Source of the DNA: Octopus bimaculoides
Lineage: Eukaryota
Direction of reading: 5' to 3'
DNA length: 64,000 bases
Assembly: GCF_001194135.2 (NCBI RefSeq)
Contig: NC_068988.1
Coordinates: 42,991,966-43,055,965, forward strand
The stretch's first letter is position 1, and the number at the start of each line of letters is the position of its first letter. Positions 40,561 to 54,322 of this stretch are shown one piece after another. The translations under genes and the position numbers were made by a program. The notes under the pieces are model-generated. The model saw nothing but the letters and a program-made list of their open reading frames with translations. It made no database searches and had not been told where the DNA came from.

Positions 40561-41374
40561 TACAATTAAAAGGGTAAAGGATTATCGATTTATTAATTTA
40601 TTAATAAATTAATAATTAATAATTTTTACCAAGCCCTTCGGTATGTAAACGCCATTATCGGCGAAGAACTTATTTAAGAGTTCTTATACATTTATAAACA
40701 TAACTAAGGGATCAGCAACAGTTGCTTCACCACATACCGAAGTTCAGAAATAGCAGCTAAAGTGCTGAAAACTCCAACAGATAGCATTACTTGTAACTCA
40801 CAAAGGCAAAACAAGAAAAAAAATAACGAAACAAACTAGTCGTAGTTAATCATATACGCGTTTCTGGTTTAGAAGCAAAACTCTTCATTACCTCATCAGT
40901 ATGATATTCCAGTTGCAAATTCGACGATGCTAGGAAATTGTGCATGCTTGACCGAGCGACATCATTCATCGGCACAATTTGAAAATATCTCCGAACCTAC
41001 ATAGGCCAGCCAGTTCATCATCCCTCCTCCAGAATTACCATGTGCGTCACAAGCAATACCGCAGAAAATCTGCGGTTTACTATCAGGGAGTGAGTAATTA
41101 TTACAATTAAAAGAGTAAAGGATTATCAATTTATTAATTTATTAATAAATTAATAATTAATAATTTTTACCAAGCCCTTCGGTATGTAAACACCATTATC
41201 GGTGAAGAACTTATTTAAGAGTTCTTATACATTTATAAACATAATTAAGAGATTCGTTAATTTTTCTTCTTGTTTTGCCTTTGTGAGTTACTTGGAGTTT
41301 TCAGCACTTTAGCTGCTATTTCTGAACTTCGGTATGTGGTGAAGCAACTGTTGCTGATCCCTTAATTATGTTTA

Positions 41375-41375
<1 letters not shown>
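40561..41375. mobile_element. PLE pseudo-LTR-like module X-Y-Z-X-Y(rc)
   Basis: X at 40561-40707 and 41102-41248 (5 transitions). Y at 40694-40830 is inverted at 41253-41375 (15-nt indel). A hammerhead lies in Z and a PLE ORF starts ~350 bp away. Confidence 0.75.
40849..40905 (-). ncRNA. Minimal type-I hammerhead ribozyme
   Basis: atcata-CTGATGA-ggt..gaag(loop)cttc..acc-a-GAAA-CGCG-TA-tatgat. 6-bp stem I, intact core, palindromic ACGCGU helix III, GUA cleavage triplet. One extra A before GAAA. Confidence 0.75.
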
Positions 41376-41429
<54 letters not shown>

Positions 41430-41721
41430 ATATNNNNNNNNNNNNNNNNNNNNNNNNNNNNNNNNNNNNNNNNNNNNNNNNNNNNNNNNNNNNNNNNNNN
41501 NNNNNNNNNNNNNNNNNNNNNNNNNNNNNNNNNNNNNNNNNNNNNNNNNNNNNNNNNNNNNNNNNNNNNNNNNNNNNNNNNNNNNNNNNNNNNNNNNNNN
41601 NNNNNNNNNNNNNNNNNNNNNNNNNNNNNNNNNNNNNNNNNNNTATATATATATATATACATATATATACATATATATATACACACACACATATATATGT
41701 ATGCATATATATATGCATATA

Positions 41722-42616
41722 TATTTATACATATGCTGGCAACCGCTAAAAATTTCAAACCTAGTGATTATTAGAGAGTTAGGGATCTTAGATCTGAACA
41801 GGATCTGCGCTCTTTCAGCAAAACAAAGCCTACATTTATTCGATCCATTAATATAAGGTATGGATTTCTCAGTACTTTCCACTTAATCACATGTGGTGTT
41901 TCGTTATCTTTCAAACTCCATACATAGCTAGCCAACTTAGTAGCTTTGTTTTTGTCCTTATGTCAGAAGGAGGCTATGTAATTGGCATAACGATTTATAA
42001 ATTCCCCTTAACATAATCCAGTATAGGACTTCTTATCTGTTGTATTGTTATTCAGGGTTGCAGTAACTTCTGCCTTATATGTAATAGATTTAATTTTACA
42101 TTGTTGGTCGAGTGGGTAGGATCCAGGGTCGCGACAGTTACAACTGGATTTAGGCTCTTGGTATTGACCGCGTGTTATGATACTCTTCGTATTGGGGCGG
42201 CAGCTGTGTGATAATTCCACAGAACGCCTATTAAATATTTTCCTGTATCTTTGAGTTGCTGGAAAGTGTTTGTCTAGGAGAGACAGAAATCTTTTATCTA
42301 TGTTAGTTTTTATATTAAGGGAAAAGGGAGGGGTGAACCAAATAATTTTCCTTGGCCTAGTTTTAGGTCTCTTATTATTCTGATTAATATTAAATGGCTT
42401 ATGTATTACTTTATCTTTGATGCCACTAGATCTATTATTATTCTGATTAATATTAGAGGGATTATATATTAACTTATCTTTGAAGCTACTATTGGCTAGG
42501 GCATTGCTATAGTTGGAGGCTGCTTTCTCGAAAATTTCTTTATAGGAAGAGAGGTTAGACACTCTGTTATAGATATTAGCTATCAGATTTTTAAATATTA
42601 CAGGAGTGTGACAAGA
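41722..42616 (-). pseudogene. Penelope-like element ORF remnant (RT thumb, linker, GIY-YIG endonuclease)
   Basis: RKIIWFTPPFSLNIKTNI..FLSLLDKHFP...KIFNR...SC.PN...CNCR...ITYKAEV...KSYTGLC...KLASYVWSLK...CRLCFAE...FEIFSGCQH. Two stops and one frameshift near the 3' end. Confidence 0.92.
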
Positions 42617-43334
42617 AATTATATACGGACATATGTACATATGTATGCATACTCGCGCACACACATACACACATATAAATGCATATGTATGCATACATAC
42701 ATACGTAAACATACATAATTATATTTGTTAGTTCTGTTTTTATTGCCCGGTCCTTGGTTACCAATATATTGAACTTTCATGTTATTCAAATATTATATGA
42801 TAAAGAAATGAAATAAATTCTATGGAGAACGAAATTCATTTTATAGGTTCTAACCACTGATTGTCTTCGTCTCTTTAAAAGCGACCGATGCTTAAATGTT
42901 AAATACTTTCCTCGCGTTGTATCAACATCGACCCACCTATGTTGTTGACTTTGTTGCTTAAATGCAGGTCAGTCCAAAATGAGTGTCACGTATTTTTATT
43001 ATTATTATCAGGTAGAGTGCAACCACAGTTACATTATTCAATTTGCTGTTTTCCTTTTACGACACTAGTATGTGATTTGAAATACATTTGACTTCTATTT
43101 TAAGTAGGACGAACAATTGTATAAATGCTTCCTCATTAGCTTACCAATGCATCAGAGCCGTTGAAACAACGAAAGCTAAAAGATATGCGTTCATTCTTTT
43201 AGAGAAAGCAAGCATATAACACAATCACATTCTTTCTCCTTATAAATGTGTGGACTTCCCTTTTCTGAAATTTCCTCTCTCTACAATTGTATTATTCAAC
43301 ACAAAGGAGTCTTTCAACTCAGATATTATCGATA

Positions 43335-43620
43335 ACTACCAAAAGACCTTGGCCTAGTAATGCCCCTCTAGAACATTACCTGCTCGGGATAAACTGTTCA
43401 GGGATGGTAGTGACGTCAGCTGGGTCTCTTCGAGATGCACGGAGACCGACGGAGCCTTTCCTGTCATGCGGTATTATGTCGAACAGTTGTCATCACATGC
43501 TGAACGGATTAAGTTGTCGCCCAACTCCATTGCGAATATATCATTCCCGCCTTACTAGGAATAGGGCGGAGTAGTCTTCCTCAGCTTGACAGCTATGTCA
43601 CAAAATGTTGTCTAGTGGAG
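43335..43620 (+). pseudogene. Degraded L1/Tx1-like LINE C-terminal fragment
   Basis: QKTLA**C.SRTLPARDKLFRDGSDVS...RC...VEQLSSHAERIKLSPNSI...GGVVFLSLTAM resembles the Tx1 zinc-binding tail. Judged by eye. Confidence 0.5.
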
Positions 43621-44344
43621 AAAATAGAGAGGATTTAGGATAAGGATTTTTTTTATCAGGCCAGATCTCATTAGTTTGTTTATGTAGCATTAAAAGAAAA
43701 AGGTGAAGGACATAGATCGATGTTCTCTTATTCAGTAATGTGGCATTCAGTACGACTAAATGGAAACGTGTAAGTCAACGACAGGATAAGGACTGTGGCT
43801 ATGTTAGCAGGATCGGTACAGTGTCACAAACACAATTTTTCAAGTTCCAATAGTCGAGTACGAACCCGACGTGCTTTACTTTTGTTTTGTTTTGCGTGTA
43901 CTTTGTAAATTATCATCTGTTTGGCAGACATAAGTATACACCATCAAATAACTTGGTTTATGTTATCTACTAAAAAAGAACTATTTAGACTGAGCTGACA
44001 CGCATTTACGTCGTAACACCGTGGTGAATCGCATGTGATATGTACACATTGTTTAAAGGGAAGATGTGTTCTCCTATGAAGCAAAACAGTAATGATCAGA
44101 TATTCACGTTCGAGTCTGCCTGAACGTATTGAGATTGAATAGATACGTTATAATCCAATGTGTCTTCCTTTTATTACGAAACTTCTGGGTGTGAGATTTT
44201 AGGGACATTTCAATGCTATTTCTTGAAAGATTAGTGACAAAACAAAGGCCTACATCATCGGGAAGCATCAGTATCATTATAATAATGACAGTGGCGATGA
44301 TGGTGATGTCGTTGCTAATTTTACAAATGTATATACATGTAAGC

Positions 44345-44730
44345 GTGGAGGCGCAATGTCCTAGTGGTTAGGGCAACGGACTCGCGGTCATAGGATCGCG
44401 GTTTCGATTCTCAGACCGGGCGTTGTGAGTGTTTATTGAGCGAAAACACCTAAAGCTCTACGAGGCTCCGGCAGAGGATGGTGGCGAACTCTGCTGTACT
44501 CTTCCACCACAACTTTCTCTCACTCTAACTTCCTGTTTCTGTTGTGTCTGTAATTCAAAGGGTCAGCCTTGTCACACTGTGTCTCGCTGAATATCCCCGA
44601 GAACTACGTTAAGGGTACACGTGTCTGTGGAGTGCTCAGCCACTTGCACGTTAATTTCACGAGCAGGCTGTTCCGTTGATCGGATCAACTGGAACCCTCG
44701 TCGTCGTAAGCGACGGAGTGCCAACAACAA
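44345..44730 (+). mobile_element. SINE family A, full length
   Basis: tRNA-like head ggcgcaatgtcctagtggttagggc...ggtttcgattctc, 3' hairpin and (CAA)n tail. Confidence 0.92.
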
Positions 44731-45182
44731 TACATGTATACACGCATACCATATATGTATGTATGGCGTGCTGAATGTGGATGTATGCAGTGTTCTTCGT
44801 GTTCTTCTCTGACTGTTTTCACAATCGGTGTACTAGTGTAGTTTTACCTCCTTGCAATTTAGTGGTTGTTACAAAGAAAGAAGCCTAGAGATTAAGTACA
44901 GAGTTAAAGTAAGAACTGGGTTCGAATTTAGAGATTGAAAAAAAAACCCTCTTCAAGGAGGTGCCTTAAAATGGCCGTTGCTGAATGTGTAAAACAAATA
45001 AAAGAATATAAGAAATGTCTGTCTCTGTATATATGTTTGTATGTATGTATGTATGTATGTATGCACGTATGTACGTATGTTCGTATGTATGTATGTATCT
45101 ATCTGTCTAATCTATCTACATGCCGGTGCACAAATATGCATACATACGCACGCACGCACACACACACACGCACACACACACG

Positions 45183-45230
<48 letters not shown>

Positions 45231-46194
45231 GGAAGAGAGAAAGGGAGCATAATTCTATAGTAAATAGATTCCAGGCTGCATACGCTGCACATTTCTACAT
45301 TCTTTCTTCACTCGTCTTTTCAACCCTGATAACATCTATCAGGTGAGTGCAGTTCCACCCTTGCTCACGCTACAAAACGTAATAACAAAAAGGATTCGTG
45401 TATGAATCATATATAAACAATAAGGCATTTTCCACTCTTTTCTCCGCCTCATTTCCTGTTTCCACGTGTTCCAGCACATGTTCGTACCAGGTCGTACACC
45501 AAGATTTACATTTATAGGAGATTTTGCATGTTTATCACTACTTATCTCTTTTGCATCTGTTTTGGAGATGTTGCTCTCTCTTTTAGTTGATGCTGTTGCA
45601 GTTATCACTTAGGTTATTTCTGTTCGTCTTACACTTAATGTCCTAGGTGATGTTGTAATTGTTGATGTTGTACTTAATATTGACGTTACATCTTCTACTC
45701 TTGTCGTTGTTATTATTATTGCAACAGTTGTATGTTCTCCACACTACAATACAACATGGCTGCCATGCAATATTAAATATGGTGTTCGGGCTTTAAGTGT
45801 AAGCGTGTTGTTAGCAAAAACAAATATTTCCTGTATTGGTAAACAATATCATTGTTGAAAATAATTTACAAAATTCTTTACTCACATCTAGAAGCCGGTA
45901 AAGCTGGTTCAAACCTGATAATATTGATAATGTATATGTATGCATGCATGTGTGTATATATATCTATGTTATCGCTCTTTCTCACTCTCCCTCTCTTCCG
46001 CACTATTTCTACATACACGTGTGCACACACAAACTCTCTCACGTACAAAAACGTTTCGTTTACACTCAATTCATTTTAAAAGATAAATATATAATAAGTG
46101 CAAACATGACGGTACGGCTTAGAAGTTACTTTCAAAAACACGTGGTCCCGAGTTCGATTTGCAGTATTTTCGTCTTCCACCTACTATAACCTCA

Positions 46195-46510
46195 TGTTGA
46201 CCATTGCATTATGAGGCCATGCTGGAGCACTGCTTTGAAGAATTTAAAACCAATTAATCGACTTTAGTACATTTTTTTAAAGCCCAGTACTTATTCTATT
46301 GATATCCTTTTCGAGGGGTGGGGGCTAATGCAGACACAAAACACATATCTATACCACGGGCTTCTTTCAGTTTCCGCCTACCAAATCCATTCGCAAGGCT
46401 TTGGACAGCTCGAAGCTATAGTAGAAGACAGTTGCCCAAGGTGTCCAAAGTGAGACTGAATACGGAACTATGTGCTTATGAATCTAGCTTTTTATCACAC
46501 AACAACGCCT
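46195..46510 (-). mobile_element. SINE family B, partly deleted
   Basis: ggccatgctggagcac...cttctttcagtttccgcctaccaaatcc...agttgcccaaggtg. Confidence 0.75.
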
Positions 46511-46512
46511 GC

Positions 46513-46546
<34 letters not shown>

Positions 46547-48533
46547 NNNNNNNNNNNNNNNNNNNNNNNNNNNNNNNNNNNNNNNNNNNNNNNNNNNNNN
46601 NNNNNNNNNNNNNNNNNNNNNNNNNNNNNNNNNNNNNNNNNNNNNNNNNNNNNNNNNNNNNNNNNNNNNNNNNNNNNNNNNNNNNNNNNNNNNNNNNNNN
46701 NNNNNNNNNNNNNNNNNNNNNNNNNNNNNNNNNNNNNNNNNNNNNNNNNNNNNNNNGTATAGCTGTAAAAATCGATTTTCAACCATAACTTTTACCAATT
46801 TTGAAGTTTGCTAACATGGCCAAGTCAAAGTGTGCGTATGCGCGTGAAGGAGAGAGAGAGAGAAAAATTGTATGTTTGTGAGAGGGGCAGTGAGGGAGAG
46901 ATACAGATTGTTTGCCAGCGTCTAAAAAAAAAGGAACGAAGAAGTGGGAGAGGGAGGCAGAAAGCATCTAACGAAAGAAAAAGTGGTAGAGGGAGAATAA
47001 GGAAGACAGTGTCAGCGTTCATGAAAAATGAAAATGTAAAATGGTTTTTTTTGACAGGTACCTTGCTCAGTAAAGAAGAAAAAATAATGCAAAGAGTGAA
47101 TTTTGTTTCTTTTTGTTTTTTGTGCAATAATTGCTCATATAAAATTTTAAGAATGTCTCGCAGACTTTTATTGCCCCAAATACTGCAAATCTCCTAACAC
47201 ACGAATCCTTCTACAAGAATCAAAGTTGAAGAATATTTTTGACCCAAGTGAATATTACTTTAATATTCATTACTATAAAGTTGAAAGCTAATTTGGGAAA
47301 TTAGGTTCCAAAACTCAACAGTTGCCCCAAAATATCTTTATTTCTCTTGTGTTTGTTTATTACTATATTTTCGTCAACGGGTTAACTGACTTACACAAAA
47401 ATGAATGCCTTTTTAAAGTTTACTATTTCATGTCCAGTAAGTGGTGATTTTGTAGAATCGTTAGCATATCGAATAAAAGTGCATCACTGTATAGATTCCG
47501 ACTTATCCGTCGAGTGCAACTTTGTTTCTAACTTTTTCAGAATTGATAACAAAAGTACAAATCCGGGGCAATGGACTGACAGAGCTGTAAGAGTGTCGAA
47601 CTGGACGCCTTGTCTTGTTTGTTCTTGTTCTTTGTATGCCGACTTCAAATTCCGTCATAGTCTGCTAAAGCAGCAGACTGAACACCTCGCCAGATTAAAT
47701 ATTGCCATCTGGAACCTTGAATGCTTTTAACAGAATCCACTCCCATGCAAGGATTCAGGCCAAGTCAAAGAATGTTTTTCCTTCTCTCCCTCAAGCCTTG
47801 GACACCCCCTAAAAGATTACGACTAAAGCAACCACGTCATATATTTGGAATAAAATTGTAAAATAGTGAGTGCTAATCTGAGGGTGTACAAAGTTATTTC
47901 ATAAATAATAATTGAGTTAGTGTTAACATTTAACGCACTCAACATTAAACGTTTTAACTAGAAACAATTATGAAAACAACATTAGCCTGTAATGATTATT
48001 ATTTTGAGTCTTTCAGTAAGTACACGAGAAACAGACTATATTTGACCTTCAGAGCAAAGAATAAACTCTAGTGGAGAAATCAAAAGCCTGATGAAAGAAT
48101 CACTAAATAAATGTACAATTATGAACATTTATAGTCCTAGATGATGTAGGGAGTGAGTGCCAATGATGGGAGGAAATATGTTTTGCTTTAAAAAGTAGTC
48201 GTCTATAATTAAGCTGAGTTTAGTAATGAAAATTTCCAATAATATTTATGACGCCAGTTAAATGGAGGTTCAGTTAATAAGGTTTTATAAATTCCTAGAT
48301 TAATTAAAATCTCCTGATAAAATGTTCGTAACTTGTCTTTTATATTGTTATCATTTTTTAATTAAGGGGGCTATGTTGATGGCCTTCGCAGTACCTCCGA
48401 GACGTATGATATCGATTCGGTCGGTCTGTGCGTGTGCAATTAGGTGAACTGGTTTCTCTGCAGATATATATATATATATTTATGAGTGTGCGTGTGCATG
48501 TGTATATATATGTATGTGCGTCGCCTATATATG

Positions 48534-48612
<79 letters not shown>

Positions 48613-49300
48613 GAATATGTGTGCAATTGAGAGAGAATAAGTAATCAATAAATGTAACACACTTTATTCATTTACTGGCAACTGAGAATTCCGTTCCTAT
48701 TTGGAGGTGGCCATTACTAACATTAGTATAGGAAACTCAGAGCAGCAATGTAGTTAAGTCTCAAATATACAATCATGTATATTCTTTTTAGTGATATTCC
48801 ATTTCTACTTTGGTAAGTATCCTGGTAATTATACTTCGCCGATTTTACGCCATTGCAATCTTCGAAGATTGCAACAGCTTGAAATTCGTGGAACATTTTA
48901 AGGAATACGATAAAATCGTCTCAAGGGATGTAATATAACCATATCAATTGAAACACAGTGCATTTAATTTTCGTAGATATTACTTTGATTATTCGTTGTT
49001 ATTCCGTAACTGGATCACCACTCTAATAAGAAAAGCAAATAACAAAATTCGGTTCGGTAAAGTTTGCCCTCCACAATTATTGCAAAAGTCGACTCAGGAG
49101 AATTTTTCGCTGTGTATGATCGTCCAATTCGTTGATGGTGTAGTGCCTCATTTCCACCTGAGTGTCAAGCCAATTCAACCAATAAAATGTTCTCGGTTGA
49201 AATATAGACGAAACTTTGGTTGCAACACGAAAAGTTCAAATGTAATAACTAGGAACCTTCTAACAAGCACGTACTTACAGTACAGATCGGTTGGTTAGAT

Positions 49301-49390
<90 letters not shown>

Positions 49391-49671
49391 TTACACACAC
49401 ACATATATGTATATGTGTGTGTGTCTATATATAATATGTATGTATGTATGTATGTATGTATAATATGTATGTATGTATACGAAATTTTTGCGTGTAGATT
49501 TGCACTGAACAATAACCATTTAAAAGCCTTTCCTTGTCCCACCTTTAAAAATTTAACGGTTTTGCCACGAATTTTTCCTTTTTTCTTCTCGACATGATGT
49601 ATAATTGTTTTTGTTAAACGTTCAGAAAGTCTTTAGAATTTTGCAGGGTTAACACCTGAGACCAATCCATT

Positions 49672-49842
49672 GAGTTACAGAAGCTATGGAAAGTGCTGGT
49701 AGAATGTATCACTGTAGTTATAGGAGCATTAGGAACTATTCCTAAAAATTTGAACAAATGGATAGAGGGAATAAGCATAAAACCTAGCTTAGTACAACGC
49801 CTGAAAACAGTATTAGAGAGAGCTAGGATACTTAGAACCTAA
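49672..49842 (+). mobile_element. R4/Dong-like LINE 3' fragment
   Basis: ELQKLWKVLVECITVVIGALGTIPKNL...LKTVLERARILRT*, followed by (AAT)n. Confidence 0.75.
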
Positions 49843-49851
49843 ATAATAATA

Positions 49852-50064
49852 ATCCTTTGTACTAAAGGCACAAGGCCAGAAATTTGGGGTAGGGAGCTAG
49901 TCGATTATATCGACCTCAGTGTTCAACTGGTACTTATTTCATCGACCCCGAAAGGATTAAAGGTACAGTCGACCTCGGTGGAATTTGAACTCAGAACGTA
50001 AAGACGGACGAAATACCGCAAAGCATTTTGCCCGGCATGCTAACGTTTTTGCCAGCTCGCCGCT

Positions 50065-50128
<64 letters not shown>

Positions 50129-50300
50129 TAATAATAACTGGTTGAAATTTAGGTACAAGGCTAACGATTTTGAGGAGAGGTGGTTAGTCGATAACCCCTA
50201 CCAAGAAACTTAATTGATACTTTATATTATCGGCCCCAGGATGGATTAAAGGCAAAGTTGAACTCGGTGGGATTTGAGCTCAGAATGTAAAGCGCAAAAC
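49852..50300 (-). mobile_element. Two tandem family-C SINEs separated by (AAT)n
   Basis: Copies at ~49852-50066 and ~50140-50300. Confidence 0.85.
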
Positions 50301-50674
50301 ATTTGCTCAAACGCACACACACACACACACACATACACACACACACACACATCCATTCGTACTATGGTCGCGTTAATCCGCCATAATTCTATCAACAAAT
50401 TTATAGCCTTTTGCCTGTGTTAGAAACCATTGTTGTTACTATCAAGGGAGTTGGAGTAGCTAGCCAGATAAATCAGCTTGCGAGTACTTAGTCCACGATA
50501 TATTATCTACATATCTTTTATCATAGTTTGAACGGATGTGTGTGTGTGTGTGTGTGCGTGCGTGCGTGCGTGTGCGTGAATGTGTGTAAATGTTTTGCGC
50601 TTTTATATTCTAAAACAATCAATTTTAACTTTAAGTTTTGTAGGGTTTAATAAAATAAAAACCGACCAGATTGA

Positions 50675-51050
50675 ATCCCTCCACCTAGACATCTTAGATA
50701 CTATCCGGAAACAGGCCATTCGATTGATTATCGTCAATCAGTCACAACCATCCAACAACTTCTGGCCCACAGATGTACTGTCTACTCTCTCTTTCTTTCT
50801 TTCTTTTTATTGCTATGGTAATGACTTCTCCTTTTTGGCACTGGCTTGGTTCATGCATCTCCATTTATGTATTCCCGTTCCAGTTTATCTCTCTTTCTCT
50901 CATCATTCTTCATTTGTGCATCTCACACCCCGGCGTCGCATTAATCATTTTTCGCAATTCTTCTTACCCAGAACCTTCAGAAGTCTCTCCCATTGCGTGT
51001 ATTTCTAGCAGATGTTAGTTAACATAGTTTCAAGAGGCGCATTAACAGCA
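50675..51050 (+). pseudogene. Degraded CR1-like (Zenon-type) LINE 3' fragment
   Basis: HLDILDTIRKQAIRLI...(frameshift)LAHRCTV...RINHFSQFFLPRT resembles LDR.Q.+A.RLI...PLAHRR.V...F.PRT. Confidence 0.7.
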
Positions 51051-52179
51051 TCAACCTCACCGGTCTTGGAGGGAATCATAGGCACTTCCCTTTCCTCTAG
51101 ACTCAGAAAGAAACAATTGTTCAAGTCTCGAAGATGTACTTGTCTGATTTGATCCAAGATCATGAGTTAAAGCCTAAACGAAAAGAACCTAGAAGACATA
51201 TATTGGCCATTCAAAAACTTAATTGAATAAAAGATTTCATTATTTAGTATCATAATTTTCATCGCACATACTGCGACCTGGTCACTGACAAGGTCAACCA
51301 ACAGCTTCGCCCAAAACCAGTTGCAGTGGAACACTATCTGTAACCGGGTCCCAGTTGCTACGATGAAAATTTTGGCACCAAACAATAAATTTTTAAATGA
51401 AGTTAAATATTTTTGGGCGTTTTCGTATGTTCTTCTCCTTGGTCCTTGCCTTGGAAATTAATATTGCAAATTAATTATTCTTTATTTACTTTAGCCGTTC
51501 GCCACGCCCGTAGTTTACCCACGCTGGGTGGATATAAACGTATGCCGCACCGGTTACGATCTTTATAATGATGTAAATAATATAGGCCGTGATGTTAATT
51601 AATCAGCCACCTAGTTAAACTGTCAGCCTGTCAGGTGCGTTCAAAACACATTATGCAAAGGCGAAGGTAGAAGCATTTAAATGTTTCTCAAACTGGCGTT
51701 TAATTAGTTTCTAATTAACTTATTATATATGTAAATTCTATTGTTTGTATTGCAAATGTTCGTTTCGTTTGTTACGTGAATATATTAACGAACTCGTATG
51801 CAAGGAGTGGAGAAGTAAAGGTGGAGCGCAGTAGATGGAATCAAATTCACTGGGAATATGGCGGGGATCTCTATGTGGTCTCTCAACATGCTAGAAATGA
51901 CAGTGAAATTTTCTTACAGTTACAGTCTACTATTTTAGTAAACAAGAGAACACTATATAATGTAGTTCTATGCCTGGTTAATAAAAGATGAAATTGTTTG
52001 ATTATTTTTTTATCATAGCTCTGCTGGGTCAGAGTTGAGTTGGGGATAAACAAACACACGGCTGCTATCAATAAGGAAACCTCTGCAAAGTTTTTTCTGC
52101 GCACAAGAAATGGCAGTCGAATCTCGTTCAAACTACAGCCGAAAAATTTATGTTACATTATCATCATCATCATCATCGG

Positions 52180-52235
<56 letters not shown>

Positions 52236-52274
52236 ATTTTACCTTTCATACCTTTCGGGATCGATAAAATGAGT

Positions 52275-52575
<301 letters not shown>

Positions 52576-52959
52576 NNNNNNNNNNNNNNNNNNNNNNNNN
52601 NNNNNNNNNNNNNNNNNNNNNNNNNNNNNNNNNNNNNNNNNNNNNNNNNNNNNNNNNNNNNNNNNNNNNNNNNNNNNNNNNNNNNNNNNNNNNNNNNNNN
52701 NNNNNNNNNNNNNNNNNNNNNNNNNNNNNNNNNNNNNNNNNNNNNNNNNNNNNNNNNNNNNNNNNNNNNNNNNNNNNNNNNNNNNNNNNNNNNNNNNNNN
52801 NNNNNNNNNNNNNNNNNNNNNNNNNNNNNNNNNNNNNNNNNNNNNNNNNNNNNNNNNNNNNNNNNNNNNNNNNNNNNNNNNNNNNNNNNNNNNNNNNNNN
52901 NNNNNNNNNNNNNNNNNNNNNNNNNNNNNNNNNNNNNNNNNNNATATATATATATATAT

Positions 52960-52999
52960 ATTGTCCGATGAACGGGAACGTGAAACTCAGAGTAACAGT
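52960..52999 (+). ncRNA. Minimal type-I hammerhead ribozyme (U4C variant) between (TA)n tracts
   Basis: attgt-CCGATGA-acg(ggaa)cgt-GAAA-ctc-a-gag-TA-acagt. Stem I 5 bp (one G-U), stem II 3 bp, near-palindromic helix III, GUA triplet. Confidence 0.65.
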
Positions 53000-53293
53000 C
53001 TTTTGTTATATATATATATATATATATATATAACTTTACCATAACATCGGAGCGACCCAAGCCCTATAAATAAAATAGTGCTTGGAAATCTGTCGGATGA
53101 ATTGCACTCGTTATTGAATGTTCCACCACTGTCGCACATAGCGTCATGATGATTCAACCCCAAACTCACCTTACAGGATGCACGTGTCTTCGGAATACTC
53201 AGACATTTAGACTTTGAGTTAACGAGTAGATTGTTCTAATTAATCGAACGACTCGATACACCGACGGATAATTCATCATCATCATCATCATCG

Positions 53294-53325
<32 letters not shown>

Positions 53326-53485
53326 ATCATCATCATCATCATTATCATCCTTATGACACAACAATTACCAGCATCTATTTTATTACACTCCGAATGGCAA
53401 AAATTGCCATCAGAAGAATTTGAACTCAGAACATTGCCAAAATAGTGATTAAATACAGTAAGAAATATAGCCACAAACACATCGC

Positions 53486-53720
53486 TTAATTCTTACTTTT
53501 TGGTGAAGAATAGTTGCTTCTGTTGCCAACAAATGATTCATCATTATTCTTTTCGAATGAGTCTTCTGTGAGCAGCAATTTTCTCCAGAATACCGAAATG
53601 TCATCTTTAATCTCATTGTAACTAGATCTCCGGGCGGTTGGAGTAAAATTTAATTCGTTTGCTATTATGTCGATTTGTTTTATCGCTGTTGTCTTTGACA
53701 AATTCACTGCTTTTAGTTTT
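53486..53720 (-). pseudogene. Penelope-like element ORF N-terminal fragment
   Basis: LNFTPTARRSSYNEIKDDISVFWRKLLLTE...NDESFVGNRSNYSSPK resembles the PLE pre-RT motif L.F.PTP......D+..F.R.LRL.E.F. Confidence 0.6.
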
Positions 53721-53913
53721 TCCTGTTTGCTTGGCTCCAATGGGTATTTGTTCATCTGGATGGGTCTAAAAATCGATTACTGTAGTTTTGTTGGTTTGAA
53801 TTGCTAGTATTTGCAGTTCCATTTATGTGGTTTGAAATTGTTAAATGTATTTTCGGATTCTATGTTTCTTGATAGGATTTCAAATTTGTTTCATTATTTC
53901 AGAATAGAATTGA

Positions 53914-54055
<142 letters not shown>

Positions 54056-54322
54056 AACTTACTTGGAAAAGGATGCGTGGCGTTCGATCATATAAAAATA
54101 TAAATAATATATAGATATATCCATATATCCATACATATATGCATATATAGGTACAGGACATAAAAAAAAACGTTAAACACAATGAAAAACGAAAACAGAG
54201 AACGAAATTTTTTTGAACAACGAAGAAAACAGAGAAACGAGACATGCAACATAAAGAGTATATCCCTTCGTCAGATGTCCCTGTTCCATCTACTCCACGT
54301 TTCGAAGGCAAGGACAACATCA

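Noticed and set aside
44345-44420. tRNA-like heads (also 10640-10716, 54323-54395)
   Set aside because: They continue directly into multi-copy SINE bodies and lack a complete acceptor stem, so they are not tRNA genes.
45364-45530. Minus-strand frame ending DSYTNPFCYYVL (GPCR TM7-like)
   Set aside because: Immediate stop codon and no usable acceptor or donor.
54265-54322. GAAACG and CUGACGA on the minus strand (related element at 37190-37280)
   Set aside because: No consistent helices in any hammerhead topology, and position 17 would be G.
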